Counted from the stretch's first letter, positions 9,708-19,663 are shown. The stretch is DNA of 57,529 nt from Candidatus Micrarchaeota archaeon (GCA_021817305.1 JAKAVL010000028.1:1-57529); one strand, 5' to 3'. Notes: generated by a model not told the origin, from the sequence alone. Translations and numbers: made by a program.

Positions 9708-12320
9708 GTGACAAAAGATTTATCCAGCAGGGCTTTTGGCTCTTGCTTAGCGTTAAACTGTGATTTTTTGGCAGAAGGCGTTTCTGAAGAAGGTGCAGTG
9801 CACGGACAGGGCAGTGCAACACATCGTAGCCCATATTCAAGGACGCCGCCGCTACTCACAAAGGGCAACGTTCTCTTCATGCTCGCCGTGCTGGCCATAT
9901 TCATTGCTACAATCTACATAAGAATCCCGCTTCTCCAATATCAGGGCTTCTACGAGCCCGATGGCTTCTACCATTTCTCCGTAGTCCGCGCCGCGGTTGA
10001 CAACGGCTTCATGATACCGCATTACCTAAGCATATCCGGATGGCCCAACAGCACCCCTGTCACAGAGCCCTTCGGCCTTTACTGGGTAACTCTGATACCA
10101 TATGCCCTGCTCCAGTTCTTCGGTGTCAGCGCTTATACGGTGATGCGGCTCGTGCCTGTGCTCTTCGCGCTGTTTGACGTCGTTGGAGCGTACTTCCTGG
10201 CGAGATTCGTGAGCAGGGACCGCGTGTTCGGGCTCCTGGTCATGGCGCTCGTCGGCCTGAGCGCCGGAGATGCCGCGAGGACCTCTGCGCTGATATACAG
10301 GGGCGATGGCTTCATCACCATATTCCTCATACTCGCGCTCATATTAATGGGCCTGATGATCAATGAGAAGAGGCGCGGCCGGCTTCTTCGTTACGCGCTC
10401 CTGGCCGGGCTCGTCCTCAGCATAGGCTCGCTCGTATGGAACGGCTCGTCCTTCGCCATTGCGATCTACGTGCTCGCCTTCGTGCTCATATCCGCATACG
10501 CATTCATAGCGGACAAGGAGGACCTGTTCAGGAGCATGCCGTACGTTCTTGCCTCGCTCGCGGTCTGGTTCGCGGTTTCCTGGGCTTACGTAGGAATGGG
10601 CTGGATGTACATGCAGACGCTCATGAGCCCGTACTTCATAGGCATTCTTGCTGCAGGATCCATCGGATTGTACATATTGGGCTGGCTTCTCAGGAACAAG
10701 GGCAGATACCCCATCATGGGGCGCGGCCCCGGCAGGCTCGCTGTAGTCGGGGCCCTTGTCGTTGTTGGCGCGGCGCTCTTCTACCTGCTCGCCTATGGAT
10801 TCATATACGACATATTCGTTGCTAACGGATTCGTCGTCACCTCGAGCTTCGCGGCGACGATACAGGAGCTTACCCCGCCGACGTTCTCATTCCTCTTCGC
10901 GAGCTTCAACATAACGCTGTTCATGAGCCCCATGTCTATAATGATGGTGCTTTCATCGTTCGTCAGTGGCGCTACGGTCATATTCTGGATCGTACTGCTG
11001 CTTTGCTTCGTGCCGTACATGCTCATGCGCGTGTATGACTCGAAAGGCTGGCTGGGGGGCAGCGCTAGGCTCGCCATGGACGTGAAGCCGGAGCTCTTCA
11101 TGCTGATCGCATACATGGCGCTGACGGCATACCTTCAGATGACGGCCATAAGGTTCAACTCCCTCGTGTCGATACCCCTGGCGATATTCGCTGCTTATAC
11201 CATTTATTGGCTCATACTCGTCGTAAAGAAACTCACTCCGCAGGCGTCTAGGACAATAGCGTATGCCGTTGTTGCGGTATTGGTAGTGATCGCGCTTGTC
11301 GTGGTCATGTATTACGACATGCAGTTCGGCTCGTTCTCCCAGGCAGACTTCATAAACCCGATGTTCCTGAACGCGACATCGTGGCTCAAGGCCAATACGC
11401 TAGCCAACAGCACAGTTCTTACGCTCTGGCCCGACGGCTCTGTCGTAGAGGGCTGGGGCAACAGAACCAGCGTGACTGACAGCGTGGGCTCGCAGAACGC
11501 ATCGAAGGCCGATCCGTTCGCAGCGTGGCTGCTCAACTCTAGCGCTGATCCGCAGTTCCTTGAGAGCAGCATAAACGGCAGGCCCGATTATCTCCTCGTG
11601 AGGAACATTTGGCTGGAGGAGAGCCAGGGCATATTCATAGAATCTGGGCTTAGCAGCAGCCTCGGCAGCAACTACGGCTTTGCGCCCCTGACCAGCATCT
11701 ATGAGTCTAGGAACGGAAGCGCCCTCGACTTCAGGTTTTACGGTAGCGGCGTCACGGCGTACATGTATGCGGATAACGGCATGCTGGTAAACAGCTTCCT
11801 CACATTCAACAGCAGCGGGCAGCAGCGGATATCGCCGCTGACGTACACGGCATTCTACAACCAGAACGACGGCAACTTCTCGATACAGCAGAATACGGCA
11901 TACAACAAGACGAACGGGGAGATGCTTCTCATAATATACTCCACTGTTCCAAGCTCGCAGAACCTCCCGGTAAACATAACGAGCGTCGCCGTGTTCGCGC
12001 CTGGAATGACCATGAGCAACATGCTCAAGCTGATATACTTCTGCAACAACATATCGTGCACGTGGAACAACGGCAACAGCGCCGCGCGCCTGAACCTTGT
12101 TTACATGAACCCCGACACGAAGATATACAAGATAACGTATCTGAACGGCACGCAGGCTGCTACGGCAACGACGAACAGCATAATGCCAGGCTCCATTGGC
12201 TCAAATAACATAGCGTCAAACGCCATGAACGTTACCGGAGTCGCGAGCGCAAACAACATCTCTGTTAACAGCATTGTTGCAAATACTGTTGGGAATCGCA
12301 CCTCAAACGCAACAGGATAA
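9708..12320 (+). CDS. aglB: AglB/STT3-type oligosaccharyltransferase-like polytopic membrane protein
   Basis: About 13 TM helices followed by a soluble C-terminal domain. First-loop acidic motif YEPDGFYHF, a TIxE motif (TIQE, 10857-10868), and a WWDYG-position motif reading LWPDG (11424-11438). The GTG start at 9708 is uncertain; ATG 9879 (MLAVLAIF) is an alternative. Confidence 0.65.
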   Translation: MTKDLSSRAFGSCLALNCDFLAEGVSEEGAVHGQGSATHRSPYSRTPPLLTKGNVLFMLAVLAIFIATIYIRIPLLQYQGFYEPDGFYHFSVVRAAVDNGFMIPHYLSISGWPNSTPVTEPFGLYWVTLIPYALLQFFGVSAYTVMRLVPVLFALFDVVGAYFLARFVSRDRVFGLLVMALVGLSAGDAARTSALIYRGDGFITIFLILALILMGLMINEKRRGRLLRYALLAGLVLSIGSLVWNGSSFAIAIYVLAFVLISAYAFIADKEDLFRSMPYVLASLAVWFAVSWAYVGMGWMYMQTLMSPYFIGILAAGSIGLYILGWLLRNKGRYPIMGRGPGRLAVVGALVVVGAALFYLLAYGFIYDIFVANGFVVTSSFAATIQELTPPTFSFLFASFNITLFMSPMSIMMVLSSFVSGATVIFWIVLLLCFVPYMLMRVYDSKGWLGGSARLAMDVKPELFMLIAYMALTAYLQMTAIRFNSLVSIPLAIFAAYTIYWLILVVKKLTPQASRTIAYAVVAVLVVIALVVVMYYDMQFGSFSQADFINPMFLNATSWLKANTLANSTVLTLWPDGSVVEGWGNRTSVTDSVGSQNASKADPFAAWLLNSSADPQFLESSINGRPDYLLVRNIWLEESQGIFIESGLSSSLGSNYGFAPLTSIYESRNGSALDFRFYGSGVTAYMYADNGMLVNSFLTFNSSGQQRISPLTYTAFYNQNDGNFSIQQNTAYNKTNGEMLLIIYSTVPSSQNLPVNITSVAVFAPGMTMSNMLKLIYFCNNISCTWNNGNSAARLNLVYMNPDTKIYKITYLNGTQAATATTNSIMPGSIGSNNIASNAMNVTGVASANNISVNSIVANTVGNRTSNATG

Positions 12321-12358
12321 GATGGCAGAAATCTGCTCCGGAAACAGATGAATGCGGT

Positions 12359-12574
12359 TCAGGTCTTTCCAAGGACACTCTCAATATCCTTTTTGACAAC
12401 CTTGTAATCCGGCACAGGCCGCGCCAGGCGCGAAATCTCGGTGTCCCATTTGTCCTTTATCTCGTCAATTCTCCTACGCAGGACCGTATGGGAGAACTTC
12501 TCATGCCTCTTGCCGTACATTTCCAGCTTTCTTTCAAGCAACTCAATGTCTGGCCTGATGTGGTACTTCTGCAC
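12359..12574 (-). CDS. small hypothetical protein
   Basis: 71-aa charged ORF downstream of rpl11 on the same strand. Confidence 0.35.
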   Translation of the reverse strand: MQKYHIRPDIELLERKLEMYGKRHEKFSHTVLRRRIDEIKDKWDTEISRLARPVPDYKVVKKDIESVLGKT

Positions 12575-12714
12575 CAGGACCCAAGCGTCATAAAGGTCCC
12601 TGGCTTACAACTGGAAGACATTTGAATCTTCTCGTTACTGATGAAAACTTGTGCGCATTGATAATGAGCAACATTTTGCAACAGCAGTGCAAACTTTTGC
12701 TGGCGCGCGGATTG

Positions 12715-13191
12715 TCAGACTCCCCCTATCTTTATCTCGCCGGAGTCTACCTTCTTTATGGCCTCCTTCGCGCTGATGCCTTCCACGGTTATGTTCATGC
12801 TCTGGCACGTGCCAATGACCTGCTTCACCCTACTCGCCAGCGTGTTGCCGTACATCGCCGCGGTCTTTGCCTTGGCTATGGACTTGAGCTGCTCTATTGT
12901 TATGTTTCCAGCGGTTTCCTCCTTGCCCTTTGCGCCCTTCGGTATCCCTAGCTCCTTGAGTATCAGCGCGCTTGTTGGCGGGCTTCCGACTTCTACCTTG
13001 TAGGCCTTAGTGGCCGGGTCAACTATCACCTTGACAGGTATCTTTATGCCCTCGAAGGCCTTGGTCTTCTCGTTTATCTCTTTTACTATCTCGTTTATGT
13101 TGACTCCCAAGGGCCCGAGCGCAGGACCGAACGGCGGTCCTCCGGATGCCTTGCCGCCTTCTATCAAGCCGTTTATCGTCACGTCTGCCAT
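12715..13191 (-). CDS. rpl11: 50S ribosomal protein uL11
   Basis: GGPPFGPALGPLGVN, VEVGSPPTSALI and the overall uL11 pattern. The start abuts the spt5 stop. Confidence 0.95.
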   Translation of the reverse strand: MADVTINGLIEGGKASGGPPFGPALGPLGVNINEIVKEINEKTKAFEGIKIPVKVIVDPATKAYKVEVGSPPTSALILKELGIPKGAKGKEETAGNITIEQLKSIAKAKTAAMYGNTLASRVKQVIGTCQSMNITVEGISAKEAIKKVDSGEIKIGGV

Positions 13192-13638
13192 TCAAACTAC
13201 CTCTGCTTTTTGTATTATCCTAGCTATGTTGGATTTAGTGGTAACAGGTATCGGCACTGCGACATCCATCAGCTCTACCGTTATCTCGTCCTTTGCCGTG
13301 TCTACCTTCTTGACCCTTGCCTTGTAGCCCTTGAAAGGCCCTGACATGAACTCGACAGTGTCGTTCACGCCTATCTCCTGCGACATCTGCTTTACTGTAA
13401 GCATCTTGTCCAGCTCTTCAGCCGCCAGCGGATGCGATAGGACTCCCTTGACGTGCGGCTCGTTCATTATGAGGTCGCGTATCGCATTCTCGCTCTGGCC
13501 CTCTATGACTATGTAGCCGCGCATCCCTGCCGGTAGGACTATCGAGTCCACTGCGAGATTTGTCATCTTTGCCTTGTTCTCCAGTATGTCCGCAGTGATC
13601 TTTTCCTGGCTGGATGTGACTCTTGCTATAAGGTACAT
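13192..13638 (-). CDS. spt5: transcription elongation factor Spt5 (NusG)
   Basis: NGN-domain start MYLIARVTSSQEK, GYIVIEG, KOW motif GPFKGYKARVKKVD. I place the start at ATG 13638 rather than the ORF-track start at 13707. Confidence 0.9.
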   Translation of the reverse strand: MYLIARVTSSQEKITADILENKAKMTNLAVDSIVLPAGMRGYIVIEGQSENAIRDLIMNEPHVKGVLSHPLAAEELDKMLTVKQMSQEIGVNDTVEFMSGPFKGYKARVKKVDTAKDEITVELMDVAVPIPVTTKSNIARIIQKAEVV

Positions 13639-13721
13639 GACCGCACGCTCATTGTTTGGTATATGCAGATATTCCGCATTTCCATTATATAATACTTTGT
13701 CCTGCAATTCTTAGCGATACG

Positions 13722-14765
13722 ATGCTTGCCATAAAGGTACTCGCCGGACGCGCCGAGCGCGCAAGGAGGTACCTTAAGAAGCACGCTATGCTAGATGCAA
13801 AACACATACCTATTGCAAGAAACAAATTTATATATTTTCCCATCGGCGCGGCGAAGAGGGGCTTTGCGCTGCCTTCCGGAATGAAGGCCATGGGCGCGGA
13901 GATAGCAGATGAAAAGTTCGATGTTTCTGGAAGCAAGCCGAGCTACAGGGACATGCTCAGGAAGGAGCTGGGCGGGGATTACGGGAACGTAGCGAGGGGA
14001 TATGAGGTGCTTGGCAACATAGCCATAATAGAGGCGGAGCCAAGGCTCGCGAGGAAGGTTGCGCATGCCGTCATGGGCATCAACAGCAACGTAAAGACGG
14101 TGCTCCGGAAGTCTGGAGCGGTTTCTGGAAGATACAGGGTGCGCAGGTACGCGTACGTCGCAGGCAAAAGAAACTACGTCGCAGAGTACAGGGAGAACGG
14201 CGCGGTGCTGAGATTTGACGTCAGAAAAACATTCTTCTCCGGCAAGCTTTCCTACGAGCGGGGGCGCATTGCGGGCCTGTCCAAAGGCAGGGAGAACGTC
14301 ATGGTGATGTTCGCAGGCGTCGGTCCCTTTGCCATAGAGCTTGCGAAGAGGAACGGGAGCGCCGATGTCATCGCAATTGAATTGAACAGGCAGGCATACA
14401 GGGCCATGCTGGAAAACATAGAGCTCAACAAGGCCGGCAATGTCACCGCTGTCTGCGGCGATGTGAAAAAACTGGCGAATAAGTACAAGGGATTCGCCGA
14501 CAGGATAGTCATGCCGCTGCCGAAGGACTCGCGCTCTTTCCTTGATTCAGTCATCATGTGCGCGAAGAGGGAGTGCACGGTGCACTACTACGCCTTTGTC
14601 CCCAGCGACGGCGGAACTGAGAAATGCATCAATGAACTGAGGGGCTTTTTCTCAGGAAAGGGCTACTCCTTCAAGGCCATTGGGATAAGAACGGTGAGGC
14701 CATACGCCCATGACACCATAGAGATAGTTGTCGACTTCAGGATCGCGAGAAACGCAGTACGATGA
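13722..14765 (+). CDS. trm5: tRNA (guanine37-N1)-methyltransferase Trm5 / Taw2 family (Met-10+ like)
   Basis: FDVRKTFFSGKLSYERGRI, SAM motif MFAGVGPFAIELAK, IVMPLPK. A TATA-like ttatataata lies about 30 nt upstream of ATG 13722. Confidence 0.8.
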   Translation: MLAIKVLAGRAERARRYLKKHAMLDAKHIPIARNKFIYFPIGAAKRGFALPSGMKAMGAEIADEKFDVSGSKPSYRDMLRKELGGDYGNVARGYEVLGNIAIIEAEPRLARKVAHAVMGINSNVKTVLRKSGAVSGRYRVRRYAYVAGKRNYVAEYRENGAVLRFDVRKTFFSGKLSYERGRIAGLSKGRENVMVMFAGVGPFAIELAKRNGSADVIAIELNRQAYRAMLENIELNKAGNVTAVCGDVKKLANKYKGFADRIVMPLPKDSRSFLDSVIMCAKRECTVHYYAFVPSDGGTEKCINELRGFFSGKGYSFKAIGIRTVRPYAHDTIEIVVDFRIARNAVR

Positions 14766-14801
14766 GGCAGGTTCTTTAATCCTTTCTTCCAATAACTCAG
14801 C

Positions 14802-15844
14802 ATGAAATCGCAGTCATCGATTGAGTTCCTCTCGACGTACGGATTCGTGTTCCTGATACTGGGCATCGCCATCGTGCTGATATTCTTCCTTTCCTCATAC
14901 AACAGCGGGGTGTCCAGCACGCAGTGCACCTCTTTCGGGGGACTGAACTGCAACTTCGTAGGCTATTATCCCAATTCCACCTACGGGCGCAGCATGGTGT
15001 CCCTGTCTATAACCAATGCGCAGAGCGTGCCGATAAACATAACGGGCATCAACGTGACGGTTGACAACCTGAGCGCAGAGGGCGCATGCGCGCCCAGCTT
15101 TCTTTATCAGGGGCAGCAGGCCACGTGCATATCTGTGCTGTCTTCTATTCCCTGCAGACCAGCTACCACAACGGCAGGTATGAGATAAGCGCGGGCTTCT
15201 GCGTGTCTTCTGCTAACGCGCTGAACAGCACGGGCTGCAGCTACCTGCCCTCAAACTACACAGGCAGCTTCCAGGTTTACAGCTCGACGACGGACGTGAT
15301 GCCTTTCAGCGTGGTTGTAGCCTATGTGCCAGGCTCTGTGCAGCTTCCGTCGGAGCCTTCTTCGCCCACAATACCGTCGAACTACATGGTCACGCAGAAC
15401 GGCGACTTTGTGCCCCTAAGGAACCTGACGGGATTCAAGTACGCGTTCGGAACGGGCTATTATCTGCCGAACACCTACTTCAGCACAAACGTGCTCGCAT
15501 ATCCCAGCGTACTCTCGGTGCTGAACTCAAACACTGTGCCCTGCTCCTCGCCCTACCAGTCCGTCGAGTCCGTAGCGTACTCCGCATTTTACATGCCCTC
15601 TAGCGGGAGCGTTTCCTTTTCAGCATACTCGGACAACGCCATAGAGATATACTACAAGCAGCAGGGATGGTCCAGCTGGATCAAGGCGCTCGCGGGATCG
15701 GGATGGAGCACGGCAACGCATACGGGCGCGGCGCTCGCGGGAAGCAACACGCTCTCATCAGGGTATTACCAGATAGCGGTGGACACTGTGAATGTATGCC
15801 ATGAAGGCCTTCAGGCGGTCAGCGTGAACGGCATAGGGCAGTGA
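14802..15844 (+). pseudogene. type IV pilin-like protein with class III signal peptide, split by a frameshift
   Basis: N-terminus MKS/QSSIEFLSTYGFVFLILGIAIVLIFF fits the archaeal QxSxE class III signal. ORF 14802-15188 and ORF 15086-15844 overlap in different frames, and the second has no signal peptide of its own. Confidence 0.55.
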
Positions 15845-15848
15845 GGAC

Positions 15849-16043
15849 ATGTTGAGGGGGGCGATCTTCGATTTCAACAGGACATTGTATAACCCTGACA
15901 GCGGACGCCTCGTGGCAGGCGCGCTGCGGCTGCTCGGGCATTTGCGCGGCGAGGGCTACGTTCTGTGCCTTATTAGCAAGAAGTCCGCTGGGGACAGACG
16001 CGGGCAGCAGTCAGCGCATACGTCACGCAGGAGGGAATGCTGA
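15849..16043 (+). pseudogene. HAD-hydrolase-like N-terminal fragment
   Basis: AIFDFNRTLY resembles HAD motif I (DxDxT, with the second Asp replaced by Asn), and LCLISKK resembles motif II. The ORF stops after 64 codons and overlaps the next ORF by 7 nt in another frame. Confidence 0.4.
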
Positions 16044-16420
16044 CTTCAAAAGGATTGGATGTCGTGGATCCTGAACGCCTCATAGCAAGGCAGGGCGTAC
16101 TTGCGGGAAGCGAGGAGCACAAAGACCTCATGCGCAAGAAGATTCGTATGGTTCAGGGTAAGGGAGACTTCGCGTTCGTGGACTCGGAGAAAGATGGGTT
16201 TGATGTCGGAGCGATAACGGCAAGAACGAGGAGTGCGTGGGATACAGGCAGCCTGACTATCTACGAGTGCCAGACGAATGCGATAAGGGAGGAGCTGGAG
16301 AAGTGCGTGGAGAAGGCAAGGATGCATAGCGCACAGTTGATATGGGTTACGGGCAGCGGCGAGGTCACGAATGAAACCAGGAAGTTAATCGGAAGTGCGT
16401 GCGGATATGCCGTAGTGTAG
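16037..16420 (+). CDS. hypothetical protein, possibly PD-(D/E)xK (Mrr/Hjc-like) nuclease fold
   Basis: DGFDVGAIT...(13 aa)...LTIYECQTN...AQLIWVTGSGEVTNETRKLI resembles the D...ExK core plus the trailing strand-helix of Mrr_cat/Hjc, with Q in place of K. The frame is open upstream to 15977. A decayed paralog lies at 47155-47414. Confidence 0.35.
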   Translation: MLTSKGLDVVDPERLIARQGVLAGSEEHKDLMRKKIRMVQGKGDFAFVDSEKDGFDVGAITARTRSAWDTGSLTIYECQTNAIREELEKCVEKARMHSAQLIWVTGSGEVTNETRKLIGSACGYAVV

Positions 16421-16459
16421 GTTATTTAATCCATGTGCCTTTATACTATTGGCAGGAAC

Positions 16460-17665
16460 ATGGGTTTCATAACGAAAGCGGTGAATGATGTAGAGGATCC
16501 GCTCACGGAGTCGCAGGCAATTGCAGAGAGCATTGAATCCCGCGGCAACAATGTCATAAAGCTCAATATGGGCGATCCGGCCAAGTACTTTCGCACGCCG
16601 CAGAACATAATCGATGCATACACTAATGCACTTCAGGAAGGCAAGACAAGCTATCTGCCCGGACAGGGTCTCATGGAACTCAGAGCTGTTGTTGCCGAGA
16701 GATACTCGGACCTGTATAGACTGCGCTTCGGTGCCGATGCGGTAACCATAACGCAGGGAGCTGTCGAGGCTCTTGATTTCTTGAACAGGTCAGTTATCTC
16801 CAAAAATGATTCCGCGATACTCCTCGCACCGTTTTTCACGCAGTACCTGCCTTATATTCTGCTACAGGAAGGCGTGCCGCTCATGGCGAATTACGATGAG
16901 AAACGCGGCTGGGACATCAATTTCGAAGCACTGGAGCGCACAGTGAAAAAGGGCAAAAAGCCGAAGTACCTGCTGCTTGGAAACCCGAACAATCCCACTG
17001 GTACTACACTTGCAGAGGGGTCGTTGAGAAGGCTTGTAGAGTTTGCCAACAACAACGACCTGTTCATAGTATCCGATGAGATATATGACGAGATAATACA
17101 GCGCGATAGGTTCATCAGCATCGGACAGGTTGCAAGCGGCGTGCCATACATGATCCTCAATGGCGCATCGAAGAACTATTTCGCCACTGGTTTCAGGATC
17201 GGGTTTTCCATAATACCTGGCGATGACAAAAAATCCGCGGAGCTCCGGCATGCATTTGTAAAGCTCGCGTTCTCGCGTCTCTCAACAAACGTGCCCGCAC
17301 AACATGCGATACTCGAGGGCATGGCAGCCAAGAAAGAGCACGCTGCGTTCATGCAGACGGTGCTGCCCAAGATACATGGAAGGAGAAGCCTAGCAGCAAA
17401 GCTCGTGAACGAGTCCGGGTTCCTGAACGCCGTAATGCCGGACAGCGCCTTTTACGTATTCGCCAAGATTGACTTTGAAAAACTTAACCTCAAAGACGAC
17501 AGGGAGTTCGTAGGGCTGCTGCTTAAAGAGCAGCATGTGCAGCTCACAAGAGGATCGAGCTTCGGGATGGAGGGATACGTCAGGTTCGTTACGCTGCCGG
17601 AGGAAAGCCAGATCGAAGAGGCCATTGCCCGTGTGAAGAAGTTTTGCAAGAACCACGAAAAATAG
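16460..17665 (+). CDS. class I/II PLP-dependent aminotransferase (aspartate/alanine type)
   Basis: LGNPNNPTG, SDEIYDE and SKNYFATGFRIG (the PLP lysine). Start taken at ATG 16460 (MGFITKAV). Confidence 0.85.
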   Translation: MGFITKAVNDVEDPLTESQAIAESIESRGNNVIKLNMGDPAKYFRTPQNIIDAYTNALQEGKTSYLPGQGLMELRAVVAERYSDLYRLRFGADAVTITQGAVEALDFLNRSVISKNDSAILLAPFFTQYLPYILLQEGVPLMANYDEKRGWDINFEALERTVKKGKKPKYLLLGNPNNPTGTTLAEGSLRRLVEFANNNDLFIVSDEIYDEIIQRDRFISIGQVASGVPYMILNGASKNYFATGFRIGFSIIPGDDKKSAELRHAFVKLAFSRLSTNVPAQHAILEGMAAKKEHAAFMQTVLPKIHGRRSLAAKLVNESGFLNAVMPDSAFYVFAKIDFEKLNLKDDREFVGLLLKEQHVQLTRGSSFGMEGYVRFVTLPEESQIEEAIARVKKFCKNHEK

Positions 17666-17672
17666 GCGCTGA

Positions 17673-18533
17673 TTACAGGAGCAAAACAAGCATTATGGCT
17701 ATGCCCATAAAGAATGTATTTATCTGCGTGTAGAAGGATATGTTCCTCAGGCGTGTCGGATCCGAAGTCTTGCTTATTTGTGACAGCATGAGCATCACGG
17801 TAAAATAGAAAGGAAGTGATATGAGGAGCACCGGACTAACAACTCCGAGAGCTATGAACAGCAGCAGGAGGGCGTATGCAATGCTTATTACAGTGTACTG
17901 TACACTGAGCGTCCTTCCCTTGCCTATGTGAATAGGCAGGGTCTTCTTGTTATGCGCTCTGTCTCCCTCTATGTCTCCGTAGTCCTTCACTATCGTTATC
18001 CCGAAGTAAAGAAGCCCGAGGAACAGGCCCACTGGCAAGGAATACAGCATGCCTTGTAAAGAGGAGCCAACTGCAAAGTATCCCATCAAGAATGAAAATA
18101 GGCCGTATGCCAAGGCTATGGCTGCGTAGTTGACGACAAGCTTATCCTTGAGAGTCACGTGCATGGAGTACCAAACCGCGAGCAGGACTTCCAGACCGTA
18201 GAATACATAGAAGTATGCGCTGGGTCGGAGCAGTAGGACTATAACGGCAAAAGAGCCAAGCAGGAAGCCTGCGAACGCTGCAAGAAGTTCGTTTTTGGAT
18301 ATATGCATATGCATCTTCTGCCTTTTTCCGTTCTTCACGTCTATTTCCCAGTCTGCGTAGTTGTTGAGCACGTTGGCGCTGATGTCCCACAGTGCCACGG
18401 CCAGAATGAGTAATAAAAGCATGCCCACGCTGAAGTTGTTTGCTATTAAGAAACCTATTATCGAGGGGGGTACGACTACGAGTAGCGTCGGCAGAAAAGC
18501 CGCCTGCTTAAGTCCTGCGAGTTTGTGTCTCAT
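17673..18533 (-). CDS. UbiA-family prenyltransferase (possibly DGGGP synthase-like)
   Basis: 8-9 TM helices. First Asp-rich motif NNYADWEIDVKNGKR, second motif KDYGDIEGDRAHNKKTLP. Confidence 0.8.
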   Translation of the reverse strand: MRHKLAGLKQAAFLPTLLVVVPPSIIGFLIANNFSVGMLLLLILAVALWDISANVLNNYADWEIDVKNGKRQKMHMHISKNELLAAFAGFLLGSFAVIVLLLRPSAYFYVFYGLEVLLAVWYSMHVTLKDKLVVNYAAIALAYGLFSFLMGYFAVGSSLQGMLYSLPVGLFLGLLYFGITIVKDYGDIEGDRAHNKKTLPIHIGKGRTLSVQYTVISIAYALLLLFIALGVVSPVLLISLPFYFTVMLMLSQISKTSDPTRLRNISFYTQINTFFMGIAIMLVLLL

Positions 18534-19654
18534 CCGCTAACCGCTATTGAAAGAGTAAATGCGCCTTTCACCATGCCGCTCGACAGAAACGATGCCTTCA
18601 CGTCCTTTTTCATGTTTCCTTTTATGAACCCTGCAAATGCGCCCCTCATATAAGGCATAGTCGTCTTCATCAGATCCTTTGAGAACCAAGGATAGCCGTT
18701 GAATGTTACAATCCTTCTGCTTCCGCCGCTTTCTGCTATGCTAACGACTCCAAAGCCCGTTGCCGTAAGCAGCTGCGCCATGAACTCGTAAGGCTCCGGC
18801 ATGCTGCCAATTTTCATACCGAGATCCCTGAAGTATGAATATGCTGCCCCGTATACTACGTCTTCGGGAAGCAGAGCGTCTATCTGCGATATCCCTGAGC
18901 TCTCTATTGCGAGATACCTGCAGTTGTCTGCATTCGTCTCGAGCCTCGCCGCCTTGTATACAAACACGCGCCTGTCTATAAGTTTCTTTATGGTTGCACC
19001 ATCCCTGGAAAGGCCTGTCGGAATCTTGTTGTTTAAGTAATATGCCTGCATGTCGAAGTCTACGAGCTTGTCTGTAGTCATTATGTCCTTTACTCCCTCA
19101 GACTTCAGCATTTTGGCAGTGGAGCTCGCAAGGAAGAAATTGTTTTCCTCCCTGCTTTTTACCGCACACTCTATTTTTGTATCATCCAGAACATAACTCC
19201 ACAGCCCCGCCAGCGCCCCCAAAAGAAAGTAGCTGAACCTGTTGGCCAGCGCCGCAGGATTGTCAACTTCTAAGTCTATCTGGCTTATCTTGTTACCTGA
19301 CTTCCTAATCTGGAGGTCTATGTTGTCCGCAAACAGCGTCCCGAAGAAACTTGGCATGAGTACGCTGTAAGTTTTTTCGTCTTTGGGGAACTGTGCTATT
19401 TTCGAGAAATAATAGCCTGTGTTTTTGCCTATGGAATACACACTTTCAGCGCCACTGTTACCCATCTCCTTGTCCGCCGTGCTCTCTAAATTTATTATAA
19501 ATCTCTCGGGTATCATGGTCGTCCTTGTGGATATCTTCTGACCACCGGCGGAATACGACCTAGTGATTATGTAACCTGGTATGTCAATCCTGAATATGTT
19601 CGGAATAAGTAGCCGCTTGATGAAGAATTCCTTTACCTTGTCAAGACCGACCAC
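18530..19654 (-). CDS. hypothetical protein with two V4R-like (4-vinyl-reductase / small-hydrophobic-ligand) domains
   Basis: Both halves show the V4R-like pattern: LLGALAGLWSYVLDDTKIECAV and TGFGVVSIAESGGSRRIVTFNGYPW...MRGAFAGFIKG. 4-nt overlap with the UbiA gene and 9-nt gap to the kaiC-like gene. Confidence 0.4.
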   Translation of the reverse strand: MVGLDKVKEFFIKRLLIPNIFRIDIPGYIITRSYSAGGQKISTRTTMIPERFIINLESTADKEMGNSGAESVYSIGKNTGYYFSKIAQFPKDEKTYSVLMPSFFGTLFADNIDLQIRKSGNKISQIDLEVDNPAALANRFSYFLLGALAGLWSYVLDDTKIECAVKSREENNFFLASSTAKMLKSEGVKDIMTTDKLVDFDMQAYYLNNKIPTGLSRDGATIKKLIDRRVFVYKAARLETNADNCRYLAIESSGISQIDALLPEDVVYGAAYSYFRDLGMKIGSMPEPYEFMAQLLTATGFGVVSIAESGGSRRIVTFNGYPWFSKDLMKTTMPYMRGAFAGFIKGNMKKDVKASFLSSGMVKGAFTLSIAVSG

Positions 19655-19663
19655 CTACACCCA

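Noticed and set aside
12630-12700. CUGAUGA-containing stretch between the small ORF and rpl11, considered as a second C/D-box sRNA.
   Set aside because: There is no downstream CUGA D box at an appropriate distance and no terminal stem.
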